From: Klebsormidium nitens
Lineage: Eukaryota > Plantae > Klebsormidiophyceae
Assembly: GCA_000708835.1 (NCBI GenBank)
Contig: DF237234.1
Coordinates: 1-64,000, forward strand
DNA: 64,000 nucleotides
Direction of reading: 5' to 3'
The notes under the pieces are model-generated. The model did no database searches. It was not told where the DNA came from and saw only the letters and a list, made by a program, of their open reading frames with translations. Numbering within the stretch: position 1 is the stretch's first letter; each line of letters starts with the position of its first letter. Positions 1 to 21,625 of the stretch are shown here, one piece after another. Position numbers and translations under genes: made by a program.

Positions 1-483
1 AATACAGCCGTCGATTTGCGATGTTGCATATTCAGGGGCTAAAGCTAGACCATAAGGCTTGGACTTGACCATGTATTTGGCACGCACTTCTAGTAGTTGT
101 GCTTCCTCTTGAAAGGCGCTCGAGGCGCGTTTATTTCAACACATCATGGGTGGTTCCTTTACCTAGCCTGTGCTCACCCAAACTTCTAAAGTCCTACGGT
201 ATCTTTAATTAATTGTGCTGATGATGGCCGGCGCTGATGATGGAAGCCACAACAGCGGCCTACACGCTACAGCCTACAGGGCAGATCGATGAGCATCCTG
301 CGTAGGTTCCGACGTTGTCCGCCCCGCATCACCTCCAAAGACTGAACCAGAGGCTACTTTTTTAGGTACCTAGATGTCATGCATCGGTCTGCACACCACG
401 CTGCCCAACGAGGGGATGTAAATTGCACAATTGCATCGCCTGCTGAAGTTTCCCGTCAAGCTGGACGAGCATGATTGCCCAGG

Positions 484-3400
484 ATGGAGTACAAGCTTGG
501 TACTCTGGTGCTGCACAAGCTCAAGGGATTCCCGGAGTGGCCTGCAATGGTGAGGAGATTTCCGGACGTTGCATTGCTGAGCTTGCGAGCAGCCTGTGGA
601 AGATGCAATTGCTTCAATGGTTCCTTTGACATTTGCGTTGACTGGCCGCTGATGCAACTTGCTAGTCTATGAAGTTTTGACAAAGCCAATCAGGCGTGCA
701 ATACTTCAAAGAAGTACGCTTTTGGACCACGAAGCATTAAGTTGTTGCTTGACAAATGCCATCCACTTAAACTGTAAAGCGCTTGTGGGTGTGCAGGTTT
801 CATCATGCAAAGCCAAGAAGAGTGCATCAATACCGGGATATGTATTTGTGAAGTACCTAGGTCTCCCAGAACGGTAAGCATACATGAGCCCTTGCAAAGC
901 AGTCATTTTTATTTCAAGCAAGGTCGACTGGTTTCTGGTCGATTGATTAGGTCTCTTGCCTTCTTCTGGCTAATTGTTATTGTATCAATTTTGAGGCTTT
1001 GGTTGGAGCTTCTCTGGTGGAGCACACTTTTGTCGAGGGGAGAGTAGGTACCTACTTCAATCTTCGTAGAATTTTATCAAAACTTGAACGGGCCTGCTAT
1101 TAGTGTCTTTGTTTAATATGCACAGGCATAGCACGAGCATGAGTGCAACTTGCTGTGTGCACTGACAAGTCCCAGGCTGCAATCCGGGAGTATGTAGATC
1201 ACAATGTATCACCTAGAAGCATTTTACCATGCATGCACTGGCACTCTTGCACAACGTTCTTCTAGCAGCTTTGAGCATGCAACCGGCAGAGGATCAGGTG
1301 TAAATTGCGGCTATATTGTATAGTCACTGATTGTATCACCCTTTTTCATTTTCAGTTTCTGGGCACCGGTGGCCGAGCTGGACGAGATTACGGGTGACAT
1401 CCTGAGCAGCCTCAAGGAAAGGGCTAGATCCAAAACAATAAAGAAGAAGTGGAGAGTCAAGTTTTCTAATGCAGTCCGGGAGTTGGAAAAGCTGTGGGCT
1501 GAGCGGAAAGGCGGTCAGCAGAGTCCTGTGAACGAGGTTTCGGACGGTTCCCAAGATTCCCCTTTCTTTGATGCGGAGGACGGCGAGGTTGGCGGAGACG
1601 ACGAGGTTGAGTTTGTGGGAACTTTGTCGAGCCTCACCGGGAGCGGCGTTGGCTCCGTGGAAAACCCTGATGACAAGTCCAAGCTGGAAACAGGGGCGCT
1701 AGTTGGTGGGGATTGTGGGGAATGGGGGCCCAAGGCGGGAACTGAAATCTCCCAGGAGGACGGCATCAAGGCAGTGGGGAAAGAGGGGAAGGCCGTCACC
1801 CGAGGGAAACGAGAGCGGCCTCGTGAGGAGGATGCGGGCGCAAAACATCGAAAGAAACGTGTGAAGACGGGAACAGAAGGTGCAAAGGACAAAAGCGCGG
1901 CGATCCGCGCGCCATTCACAGACTCGAAGCTGGCAGCAGGGGACGTGGGGCCCCGTGGGCGGCCGAAAAGTGAGAGGAGGGATTCCCCAGCTGTGCTGGA
2001 GGAAGAAGAATCCGAGCAGCAACTAGAGTTGGCTGCTAGCCCCAACGACGCAGCCGTCATCAGTCAGGGGCTTGAGGACCCTGGGCAGGGTGGGCTGGTG
2101 GGGCGCCCAGGTGGAGAGAAGCCGGCTGCCTCCAAGAAAGGCTCGAAACAGAGGGTCGGAGAAGGTGCAGACGAGCAGGAGAACGGCTCCGGTGACGGAA
2201 TGCAAATGGTCGAAGAGAGACCAGAGAGCAGAAACGGGCTTGGTGCAATGAGGGAGACTGCTGCAGGGGAGGGCACAGCCCACGAAGAGGAGACGTGCAA
2301 GGGGCAGCCGGACACATGTGAAAGGGGAGGCAGCAAAGCGGCTGTGAAGATGGACCGGAAAGAAGAGGATACTGATCCGGATTCGAAACCAGGCAACGAG
2401 GGGGAGGCTTTGCCTGTGGCTGTGCCAATTGAAGGAGCCGGGTCGCAGGGGGCGGCTCTTGCAGAGGTTGTAGAGCCTTGGCGGAGGCCAGGAGATGAGG
2501 ATATGGGAGGGGCTTCAAAGGGGCAAAGGAAAGAGGACCAGGAAGTAGAAAAAGGAAAAACGGGTGTGTATGGAAAAAGCGCAAAAGGTCCTCCAGGCGA
2601 TGGTTCATTGGGGGTGGACGCGGAGAGCGCAGATGGAGGAGCAGTGTCTCCTGAGCAGGAGCAAGGGGCGAAGGTGGCATGGCTGGCGGAAGCGGTTGGC
2701 AGTGGTGCTGGGGTAGAAGGAATGAACCAAAGGAAGAAGGAATTCAAGCGGCTGGAAAAGGGCAAGGCGGAGGGTGCGCCTTCGAACAAGGAGAAAGAGG
2801 GTACAGTGAAAAGAAGAGCGCATGCGCAGGAAGAGGCCCTGGGTGATGGTGAGAAAAGGGGGCTTGGGGGGAAAGGAAGTGCTCTGATTGCTGAGGGGGC
2901 TCAGTCGGATGCCGAAACGGTCTCGACGCGGCCGCTATCGGCGAGAAGGCGGCTGAAGAAGGTGGGTGAGGGGCAGAGTTCAGGCGGTAAAGAGGGGGAC
3001 CGCCCTCCTAGCAGGAAGCGGGCGGAAGGGGAGAAGGATGATATAGATGAGGGACCGGTGCCGTCGGAGGATGAGGCAGGTGCAGTTGTTACAAAGCTAG
3101 CCCCTGAGTATCATTTGGGCAGAGAAGGGCGTCAGAAGGAATGGAAGCAGCACTTGGACGATGAAGAAGAGGAGCATGATATTGGGGCAGAGGGGGAGGT
3201 CAACGAGTCACGGCCCTCGAGGAGGGAAGGAGAGCTGTCTGAGGATGTCCCATTGGCATTTAAGGCACGCCCAGGCAGTAAGAAGAGCAAGGAAGGTCGG
3301 TTCCAAGGGGCCACTGACACTAGGGGAAGCGGTGTTTTGAAGGGCAGTTTGCAAAGCTGTGCAGCGGAAGGCTCTGGTGGCGAGGAGGAAGGAGGGGCAG

Positions 3401-6400
3401 GGTCGCCGCCTGCCCAAGGAGGGGCGGTTGAGGCAACTGAAGAGGCCAAACTGGGAGTGGAAAGAAGCGACCTCGTCGTTAAGGCAGCTGATTTAAAGGC
3501 CGACGGGGCTGAAGTGCAGCCGCCTTCAACAAGGAGGCGGCTTAAAAAGGTGGAGGAGAAGCAAAAGTTAGGAGAAATGGGAGCAGACCGCCCTTCAAGC
3601 GGGGAGCCTGTGAAGAAACAGGGGAAAGCGGGAGGCGAGGATGAGGGGTCGTCAATGATTGGAGCAGGTGCAGACTCAAACGAAAACCTAGCCGCTGGAA
3701 AACTTTCTGATAGGAAAGAAGGGCGTTCGACAGGTGCTGAACAGACGCCCAAAGGTGCAGGAGCACAGGGAGATGCTCGGTTAGAGAGCAAGGTCAAGGA
3801 GGGGCGGCCCTCTGAGGAAGGAAAGATTCTGAAGGACGTCTCATCGGCGTCACCGGGGGAAAAGAAGGAGCGGAGGGGCCAGCTCTTGGTGGCCCCTGAA
3901 ACAGAGCGGGGAAGCGCCGGCGAAGTTGGTCTGGAGAGCTCGGCAGGAAAGGGCTTCGCTGGCGAGGCGGAAGAGGGGCCAGGTGTCACACCGGAGGCTG
4001 AGCCACAGAACGATGGGCGTGGAGCGAAAAAGAAGGGCACGGAGGGGTCGGAACTTCTCCAGAGATTGGAGCCGGGAGTTCCGGAAGAGATTCGGGACAA
4101 AGTCGAGGAAAGTGCGGAACGGGAACAGGCAGAGCCTGCAAAGGAGAGCGGGAAGGTCAAGAAAACCGGCAAGGGGAAATCACTCGTGGGTGCTGCTGCA
4201 AAGGACCGGAAGGCTGAGGAAACGGCGGTTGACGGGGCTCGCACTCGACGGAGGCTCGGGGTGGTAGCGTTCCGAAGCCCAGAGCATCTTGGGGGGGATG
4301 AAAAGAACGTGGCGGAAACGCCTGCAAGCCCTGCAAGGGGAGGCGGGGCGGGGGCTATTGAGGGGAGGAAGCGTTTGAGAAAGGTCGGGGGATCATCCCC
4401 TCAAAGGGAGGGCTACGAAGGTGCAGAGATGGAGGGAGAGACAAGGAGGAGTTCGGAGCCTCGTGAGGGGATGGAGAAGAAAGCGGGGGAAGCGCCTGCG
4501 AGCCCAGAACGCGCGGGCGGGCAAGTGGGTAGGGAGGGGAAGAAGCGGTTGAGGAAGGTCGGGGGATCCCCTCCCCCGAACAAAGCGGAGGACCAAGACG
4601 ATGTAGAAGTGAAGAAGGCAAGGGGAAACAAGGATCGTTCGGAAAAGGCAGGCGGAACGCCAGCGAGCCCGGAAGGTGCGGGCGGGGAAGGGAGGAAGCG
4701 GTTGAAGAAGGTGGGAGAGACAAGCCCAGCAGCCAAAGCAGAGGGCCGGGATGGGGAGGAGAAGAAGCGGGCGACGGGCCCAGAGAGGCTGCTGCAGCTG
4801 GTGCACAAGGCGGAGCGGGAAGACCAGGAACTGATCCAGAAGCATGGGAAAGAGGCGGGGGGTGCGGCAAAGAGGAACCTGCCGGAGGCGCAACAGAAGT
4901 TGAAGCGCGCGTAAGTCCCTCGTGTGTGTACGTGGTATTGATTGCCTCGGCAGTTTGTGTTCCCTTGAGGTGGTTAGCTTTGCTTTTTGATTGCCGGAGC
5001 CTGAGAGGGATGGGCAGGAAATTGAAGGGTGCAGCCGATCATGGAACAAGCCACCTTTTGGCATGAGTGCTGTCAGAGGTTGCCAAGGTGTGAAGCTTCA
5101 AAACAGTCAGAAACCATTCTGCAGAAGACCCCATATTTAGGTCCTGCCAACCATGCCCTTGTCTTGTGCCAGGTACTCGGAAGCTGACAAGCAGAAGAAC
5201 TCTCGCAAGACAATCGAGATCAACACCAAGGCCGGCTCCCCGCCGCCCGCCAAGCGCCTCAAGGCCCTCGAAGCGTCCGGCCCTTCCGCTGCGTCCAATT
5301 CGACGCCCAAGTCCGTCTCCCTTCTTGCAAAGAGCCAAAAACTCTCAAAGCAATCCATATTTTTCCCAAAGGAGGAGCGCGACAAGCCCAAAAGCGGGAC
5401 CGCTGTACCTGAGAACGGGAAAAAGTCGCCAGAGGGTTTACTGAGCTCCGACTTGACCCCAAGGGGCGACGCAACCACGCCCCTCGCAAATGCCAAGACC
5501 CCGAAAGTCGGCTTACAGGCAAACCTCGCAACACTGGCCCTTGCGAGGCTCTCTGGCGCCAAGGCATCGCCCTCTGCGGAACGGGACAGTCCCCTCAGAA
5601 GGGGGCAGAAGCCGGGGCAAATACCACCCCCCGGCTTCAGCGGCTTGGCGGCCAAACCGGGGAAGATCCTGGTCGATTCGTCCAAGCCGGCGCCGCGCAT
5701 CAAGGCGGGCCCCTCGCGGTGGGACGCTGCAGTGCCCGCTGCTCAGGTGACGTCAGCAGGGGCCCATACAACGTCAGCGGCTGTATCGATCCCAGCGCCG
5801 ATGCCAGCATTGGTACCACCAGTGTCAGCATTGATGCCGCCGTCGTCAGCACCAGTGCTGGTGACGTCAGCGGGACTGCCGACGGTTTACATGAGCATGC
5901 AGCCAACCACCGGAGCTGCCGTCGGAGGGCCGTCTGCAAACGGAAACTTTTCCGGCGGAGGGGGGTCAGCTCCGGTTGTGGTAGACCCCCGGATTGAGGC
6001 GGAGTCGCGTGTGGCGCTGGATACGTTTGCCAGCTTCCTGGACACGCTGTGCCGGTCCAAGGAGAGCATCACCAAACTGACCAAGGTGGCCATGGACACA
6101 GGGAGGACGGCAGGCGCGGCCAGGGTGAGAATATTCCACAATTGGGTGCTTGCGTCTAGACATGCAAAAAGGCCGCGTTTCATTCACTTTGTTTTCTACC
6201 GGAGGTCTGACCATGCTGAGAGCCAACAATCCTAACAGTCCACGATGCCATTCATCGTCCCAGAAAGCAACGAATGACAGATCATCTGGGCGCGCACCCC
6301 GTTGAAAGAAAGTGGCCAACCCTCTTACTGCGCTAGAGCTGCCTGTTGAAACACCGATTCAAACTCGTGAAAGAAACACGGCATGCATTCTTCCAGACAT

Positions 6401-9400
6401 CCGCTTTTTAGACATCCGCTTTCTGGACGAAGGCCAGAAACTGTGTCCGTTCTGCCAAACAAACGTTGGACCCCCTTTCTTTTGATGCAGGTGATCGACC
6501 TGATCATCCAGCGCGCGGCGGACGAGGCAGTCCCCTCCAAGCGCGTCGACTTGCTCTTCCTGATCGACTCCATCACACAGCACGCCTTCCAGCTGTCGCT
6601 CAAGGACAAGAGCCGGCCCGAAAAGGATTTCCCCACAGCTGTTGCGGAGTCTCTGCCCCGCATCCTGGCCGCCGTGCTGCCACCGAACAAGCCCGAGGCG
6701 GAGCCCGACAACTACCACCAGTGCCTCAAGGTGGGTCGACGCATCGCTTCGGCCGCTTTGCCCTGAAGAAAAAGGTTCTTGTTCTGTCGGTTCCGAAAAG
6801 CTTCTCAAACTGCAGGCTTAGAGTGTGGCGCTCTGTCAAACAGTTCCCTGCCCCCCTCCCTTCGCGATGTCACAGCCCCTAACAACGGCCCTGGCCTTTT
6901 CGTTGACAGGTGCTGAGCATTTGGATGGAGCGGCAGATCATGTCGGAGAAGCTGCTCGCGCACTTTCTGCGGGAGCTCAAGAAGCACAACGAGGACAAGG
7001 TGAAGGCCGCCGCGGCCGCAGCCCTCGCGGCGCCCCCCCCAAAGAAGGCCAAGCGCAGCGAGCGCTCCGCGGGGGACGTGCTGCGCAGCTTGGACGACAT
7101 GCTGGACGACGAGTATGGCACGTGAGTGTGGCGAAGTGTGCCTATTCGAAACCATGTGTGGGGTCTTGTTACTGGGGGAGCGAAATTTCTGTTTGTGCAC
7201 ATGATGAGTTCGCAGTCTGGTATATCCTTGTGCCCCTCTTCTTAGAAACGTCGTTCGCATTCGCTTGGTGTAGGGCTCTGCCTGTAATTGGAGTCGCTGC
7301 TCAGCAATTCACCAGGAATCTTTTAGATTGTGCGAATCTGCGCTCCTCTTGGATTCCCACTGTCCTCTTTAAGTGCTCGTCAGCCGAATTCAGAAGCTGG
7401 AGCTGCCAACCTTCTCTCCGTGCTTGGTGGTCGTAGTTGCGCCTAAGTCCCTTCTCATCGCTTCTCAGAGCACCTTGCAGATTTTTTTCAATGATAAAAA
7501 TGGCAGTCTCTGCAGTCACGTGAAAAGTGAGGTTCTTACTTGCCTGAACCCCGTTCCCAAGCCACGCCCCTGCGAAACCTGACGCGATATTTGTATCTAT
7601 ACCCCGCAGTCAGGTGGGCTCCGCTGGCCTTGATTTCTTGAAGCTGCGTGGCAACACGGACGAAGACGAAGAGTACGAGGAAGAGGAGGACCGTGCGCCC
7701 ACCCCCGAGCCCCCCGCCCCCACCAGAGCGAACGCAGAAGCTGCGTCCAGCCCCCCAGAACGGGAAGCCGTGTCTAGCCCCCCAGAACGGGAAGCTCGGG
7801 ATAGACTAGCCGAGCTGGACTCCCCCTTCCAAGAAATCCTGGAGGGTGAGACGTTCTCCGGACCTTTCGAGGGGGGTGCGCGAGCGGAGGAAGGCGGACA
7901 CAAAGGACAAGAGTCCTCCATGGCCCCCGGCGAGAATCTGCTGCATGCCGCTTATGCCAGCTATGACGGGGACCTGGGAATGGCAGGCTTGGGGGAAGCC
8001 CCTCCCCCCCCACCCGGCGATGCACCCCCCCCGCCGCCCTTGGAAGGCGAGGAGCCGCCGCCCCCACCAAATGGCTCGCCCCCTCCCTCGCCCCCACCCC
8101 CTCCTCCGCCCCCAATGGACGATCTTGTGGCGGGGCCCCCTGTGCCTAGCGACTACGACCCCTTCTCCTCACTTCAGGATTACACAAATGCCCCCCTGCC
8201 AAGGTACCCCGCTAGTTATGGGGGCCCACCTCAGGGGGGGCTGTATCAGGTTCCAATTGTAGAAGCCGCGGATATGTTGGGGGGTCCCGGAGCCAGTGCG
8301 CAAGAGCAAAACACCACCCCCCAGGGGTTGGGTTCTCACTTGGATGGCGCCCCCCAGAACGGGGGCGGCACTGGCTTGAGCCCATTCAGCCCTGACGACG
8401 AAGGTCCCCCAGGCGAGGAAATGCACGGCGGGAGGGTTCTGCGAAACGAGAGCGAAGGGCCGAGCGAGAGCTCGCCGGACGATGCCGGCAAGCCGGGGAT
8501 TGCCCTCAAGAAGGAGGCGAGACGGCTCAAGTGGTTCGCAGCAAATATGGCAGGGGTTCAGATCATGGCGCGCGCGAACCCGGCGATGTACGCGCCTCGC
8601 CCCGCCGCTCCCAACCGGTCCACACAGCCTCCGGGAGTTCGACCGATATCGGGGGGCCAGCCGCAGGCGCAGGACAAAGCACCGGGGCCAGCCGCCGAAC
8701 CGCCGCACGAGCAGAGAGGCGCCCCTCCAAACACAGTCCAAGAGGGGCATTCTTCCTCTCAGTGGAGAGGTCAGCAACCGGTTCAGAGCCACTTGCAGGC
8801 GCACAGTGGAGGGCCGGGGCAAAGTTTGGCCCAAGGAGCAGGGCCCATTCCTCAGCAAAACTTTCAACAACCAAATCACGAAGCGTGGGGAGGTCAAGTT
8901 AGGGGGGTACCCGGAAATCCTGGCGCGCAGGCTCAAGCAGCCCCCCCTCTCCATCAGCACAGTGTCGAGCAAAGACCAGAAGAAAGGTGGAACGGTCAAG
9001 CTCAGGGCGGGATTCCGGGCCAGGGACAGTATGCCCCCGGGCACCCGCAGGAGGGGCCGCCGCCAGGTTTTGCACCGCCGCGGCCGCCGTTCGGTGGGCA
9101 GGCGGGGCAAGCTGGTGGCATGCACCTACAGGGCGCTCCACGTAAGCACAGTAGTCCCTCTGTTCTTGAGATCGCACACAGGTCTGAGTTGGTGAATGCG
9201 CAACTCCGCGTCATTTCGCAGCCATGTTTTTGCTTTCTGCTCTAATCCACTTGCGATCTGGTTCATGTCGTAGCTCTTTGGCGTTCTTCCCCACGCCCGA
9301 AGGAGAGCGAATATCCGGGTCCTTCGTTTCAATTTGACGCCCGTTTCTTCCATTTGCAGAGCCCTCAGGGCCACCAATCTCCAACGCCTCTTCCAACTAT

Positions 9401-10190
9401 GCGGGCCCACCCTTCCCAGGCCCACAACCGACAGCTCAGCTTCCCCCAATGGGCACCCCTGTATATCAATACAACAGCGCTCCCCCACAGCCCGGTGGCC
9501 CCCGGCCCAACTCTTTTCAAGGCGCGTTTGGAGGGATGGCAACCGCTTTCCCTCCCGTGCAAGCCGCAGGGTTTCCAAACGGGGGTGGAGTGAACCCGAT
9601 GGTCGGGTACGCGGGCGGGATAGGGCCTTGCCCCCGGCAGATGGGCCCGGCAATCAGGGCACAGTCCGGGATGCACGGTCAAGCACCGCCGATGGGTGCT
9701 CCGCTGAATCTGCGGCCAGGTAAAGTGACACGTGGGCGAAGAGGCTGAGTGCGAGGTTGAGTCGGAGAGCTGAGGGTGCCTAAAACCCCATTGGGGGTCC
9801 CTTACGGTGCCAGGATATTCGAGGTTTGGTACAAAGAAACGTACCCACGGAAAAGCAAATCGTGATCCCGAGCTACTGCTGTACTCAAAAGTCTCGACAT
9901 ACGCTGTTGGCAGCAATAAGGCAACCTCGACAACAATCTCGAGCGTGCATGCTCTTGCTGCTCGTGAGTTGTTTGGTATAGTGGCGGCTGTTGGCAGTTT
10001 TCGTCTCCACTTCACAAGTGCATAAAATCGTAAACACTGTTCACATTTACCTCTTCGTTGGGACACCCTTCCTCTCCACGCAGGGTTCGCGCCAACCAGA
10101 GCACAGATGGGGCAAGCGTTCCAAAATCCGCAGTTCCAGAACCCGCAGTACTATGGCCCTCCAAGACCATCTTCCGGATATCAGCAATGA
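484..10190 (+). CDS. HUA2: HUA2/HULK-like nuclear protein: N-terminal PWWP domain, very long charged disordered linker, RNA Pol II CTD-interacting (CID/RPR) domain, Pro/Gly/Gln-rich C-terminus; about 2366 aa, 9 exons
   Basis: PWWP motif YKLGTLVLHKLKGFPEWPAMV (plant HUA2 has WKVGDLVLAKVKGFPAWP). CID-like FLDTLCRSKESI...KRVDLLFLIDSITQH...LPRILAAVLPP...CLKVLSIWMERQI, followed by DMLDDEYG. Phase-consistent GT-AG exons: 484-549, 797-873, 1356-4910, 5173-6124, 6491-6730, 6910-7121, 7610-9141, 9360-9719, 10084-10190 (7101 nt). Confidence 0.88.
2930..4730 (+). repeat. Peptide repeats inside HUA2-like exon 3: (R/K)RL(K/R)KV x5; three ~55-58 aa PASP-containing tandem units and two RRRLKKV..DRP.S units
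   Basis: TPASPARGGGAGAIEGRKRLRKVGGSSP (~4318), APASPERAGGQVGREGKKRLRKVGGSPP (~4492), TPASPEGAGGEGRKRLKKVGETSP (~4657); ARRRLKKVGEGQ..DRPPS (~2940) and TRRRLKKVEEKQ..DRPSS (~3530). Confidence 0.85.
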
Positions 10191-10756
10191 GTCGGTGAGA
10201 AGAAAAACGGAATCATGCAGCAGAACATGTGATAAAGAACAAAAGGCTTTCGTGGGGTTGAGCTCCCGGCATGTCTTCTGTCGAGATCCTGGGTTATGCT
10301 GTCCCATCGTGGAGCTGCCTGTCCCCTGTTTCGGTATTTCCTCACAGTCCCGTTTGAGGATACGGATGGCTGGTTGTCATCTATGCTTTCTTTGCCTACA
10401 GGTTCGAAGTATTGCAGTGTTCATGTGTCTGAAAGATGGCTGCTAGCACACGTGAGCATGCGGGCAGAGCATCACCTTCCCGCTTCGTCAGTGAGTATCT
10501 TTCCGCAAGGCATCCATCTCTATGTTCAGATTAATCAAGAGCGATGTGAGAACGCGTCAACGCACCGAAACTCCCCGTCTAGCATTGTAAATGTAGGGCC
10601 CCATGCATGGCAGCGGCAGACCAAATGTGGGGAATGCACCTTAATAGAAAGTGCACTTTTACTGTAAGGAGCAAGGTCGCCATCGCTTCTGCTTGTTTTT
10701 GACGGATGTGGCTAAATTGCACCACATTCTGCTTCAACCCTGAAGACAGGACGGAC

Positions 10757-10765
10757 AAACCCTAA
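10757..10765 (+). promoter_or_regulatory. Telo-box (AAACCCTAA) in the intergenic region between the HUA2-like and XRN3 3' ends
   Basis: Exact AAACCCTAA match; function not demonstrated. Confidence 0.3.
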
Positions 10766-12304
10766 ATAGGGCGCGCTTTTAGGCCGCGCATATACAGCAG
10801 TGATGAGCTCTCGGCTTGCGTTGAGCCCTTTATCGTGTGCCCTTAACCAGAGTGGGTTTGAGGCACGCTTTCGTAGGACATGGTGGCGCCCACTGTAGCG
10901 ATTGGCAGTGATCCAGTTTTTGCTCAGTTTGTACTACCCATTTTTAGGCCTATCATCACAACGAGATGCACGGCCGTATATCACTATACTTGCGGACACT
11001 TCAAGTACGAGCATCCTGCTAATCTGCCTTCAAAGGCCGGGTGCTGAAGGACTCTTGCACCAACACACTTTGCTTCGGTCACTATTCAGCATGTTTTGTA
11101 AGGGACCGTCTTCGAGTATAGTTGCGGCTCGAATCTTGAGACATTGTGGAAGATGGTAGATCGTAAGTCGTGGTGGGACGAATTTTGCTTACCACTCATT
11201 ACGATGGTGCAACCCCACATCCACACTCGTTTTGCTTCAAACTGGTCGACTGGTTTCAGTTAAAAGCGCAGTGTTCCGAAGTAGAGGCGGACATTGTCAA
11301 TTGATGCCCCGTAAATGAGGGCTCTCTGCTCTCGCTCAGACAGATGTTTTGCTTATTTATGATTGATCTGTCTGACGATTGTAAGACCCAGCTTTGCCTT
11401 CACGCAGATAAAGTCTTCATTTTCAGTCGAGTTATTATGACTAATGTAAGACCGGCTGTCGGATCAGCCGACTGTGTTCTCTCAAGGCCACCCTGATTCA
11501 TTTTCGAGACGACCTAATCATCATCAGACCTGGATCACTTCTGCGCAGCGGCAAGCTACAGAGCCCCTCAAATCGTGCATCTCTTCTGCTTTGCAGGACG
11601 GTCTTTGCAACAAGGACAAACCGTTGTCAGAAAGGTATAGATGTTCAGTCAACCACATTCTTGAACTCGAACTTTTGAATGGTGACACCAATATACAGAA
11701 TCCTCAAACCGCTTTTCTGGTCATGCTGTGTGCTGCGAGGCTGTGTGCAAGGCTTAAGTACAAAATTAGAGTGCGAATTCTGTCTTGTGCCGTTTGACAT
11801 ACGAAGCTGCGAATCTCTTCAGCTTCACTCATGACAAGCAGTACGTAAGGCTATACAAACTTCTAGCGAGACTGACTTGAATCGAGCCTAGCCGTATAAT
11901 TAACCAGACACGGGATTGAAGTGGACACAATGCCCAAATTCCTCTTTCGAGGCTCCCCAGCTAAGGCCGTCACAATAGGTGTGGTGTCCTGCTTATGAGC
12001 AGCGTCGGGAGCGCCAGAGATGCAATTCCTTGCTTTGAGGATCTTCCACTTTGAAGGACCGGCCGGGTCCGATTATGTAGCCAAGCTCGAATATGCGACT
12101 TGAACTGAGCGCACGGAGTCCGTGGAAGATCCAAGCTGAGTAGACTCCATCGCATTTCTGGCCTTCGAGGCCGCAAGGCACACCTGTGCCTATGTAGCTA
12201 GCATAGGATGTCGGAGCTAAGGGCCGTCTGATGGGAAACCGGTTCATCATAACCAAAGTGAATCGACCTGTGAGACTGAGAACCAATCGATCATTGGCAA
12301 AAGC

Positions 12305-12417
12305 GAGTAGCAACCTGCTGACACTGTCGCCATCTCGCGCTGTGTGGTGCAATCTCCGTAGTGAGTAGCAACCTGCTGACACTGTCGCCATCTCGCGCTG
12401 TGTGGTGCAATCTCCGT
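12305..12417. repeat. Perfect 55-bp direct tandem duplication (58-bp period)
   Basis: gagtagcaacctgctgacactgtcgccatctcgcgctgtgtggtgcaatctccgt at 12305-12359 and 12363-12417. Confidence 0.95.
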
Positions 12418-12813
12418 GGCGTGCACAACATATGCAGTGCACTCGGACAAAGAACAACAGGAACGTGGGACTCGGCACGCAAACACCACAAAGTGTTTGC
12501 TGCCAGCGTTTTCAAAACCGCAGAAAGTCGCTCTTTAAGAGAGAAGTTAACACCCATTTGACGCTCAGTCGAATTAGTGTGGCCATCCCTCTCGCACAGC
12601 CAGCTCTTGACGGCCGGTCCTCAACATGAAGCCTACATCGTCCTGCTTTTGATACTCCGCCCATCAACCCCTTTAGAAAGCGGGGTCCTGAGCCCTAAGG
12701 AACTACCTCATACATCACCTCAGCAGCGATCCTTGAAGAAGTGGCCACCGTTATTCTGCTTGCAAACCTCTCACACCCCTACCCATAACGTCACCACACT
12801 ACCAACCCACATT

Positions 12814-21625
<8,812 letters not shown>

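Noticed and set aside
4318-4730. LKKV/LRKV motifs resembling actin-binding WH2 domains
   Set aside because: The amphipathic helix that must precede LKKV in WH2 is absent (the sequence is Gly-rich), and the protein is nuclear by domain content.
6395-6423. 15-bp tandem duplication (agacatccgcttttt) in HUA2-like intron 4
   Set aside because: Short slippage duplication with no evident function.
7222-7229. ATATCCTT, the U12-type 5' splice consensus
   Set aside because: It lies inside a normal GT-AG intron with no U12 branch site or AC acceptor found; an 8-mer is expected about twice by chance on both strands.
1515-9125. Many long antisense or alternate-frame ORFs (e.g. 3132-4244, 8169-9125) over HUA2-like; likewise 12577-13359 over XRN3 and 37890-38462 over S1P
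   Set aside because: These are shadows of GC-rich low-complexity coding exons, with no recognisable motifs.
11993-12478. 161-aa minus-strand ORF with a protein-like middle section
   Set aside because: It runs through the 58-bp duplication, matches no family I recognise, and has no convincing exon partners.
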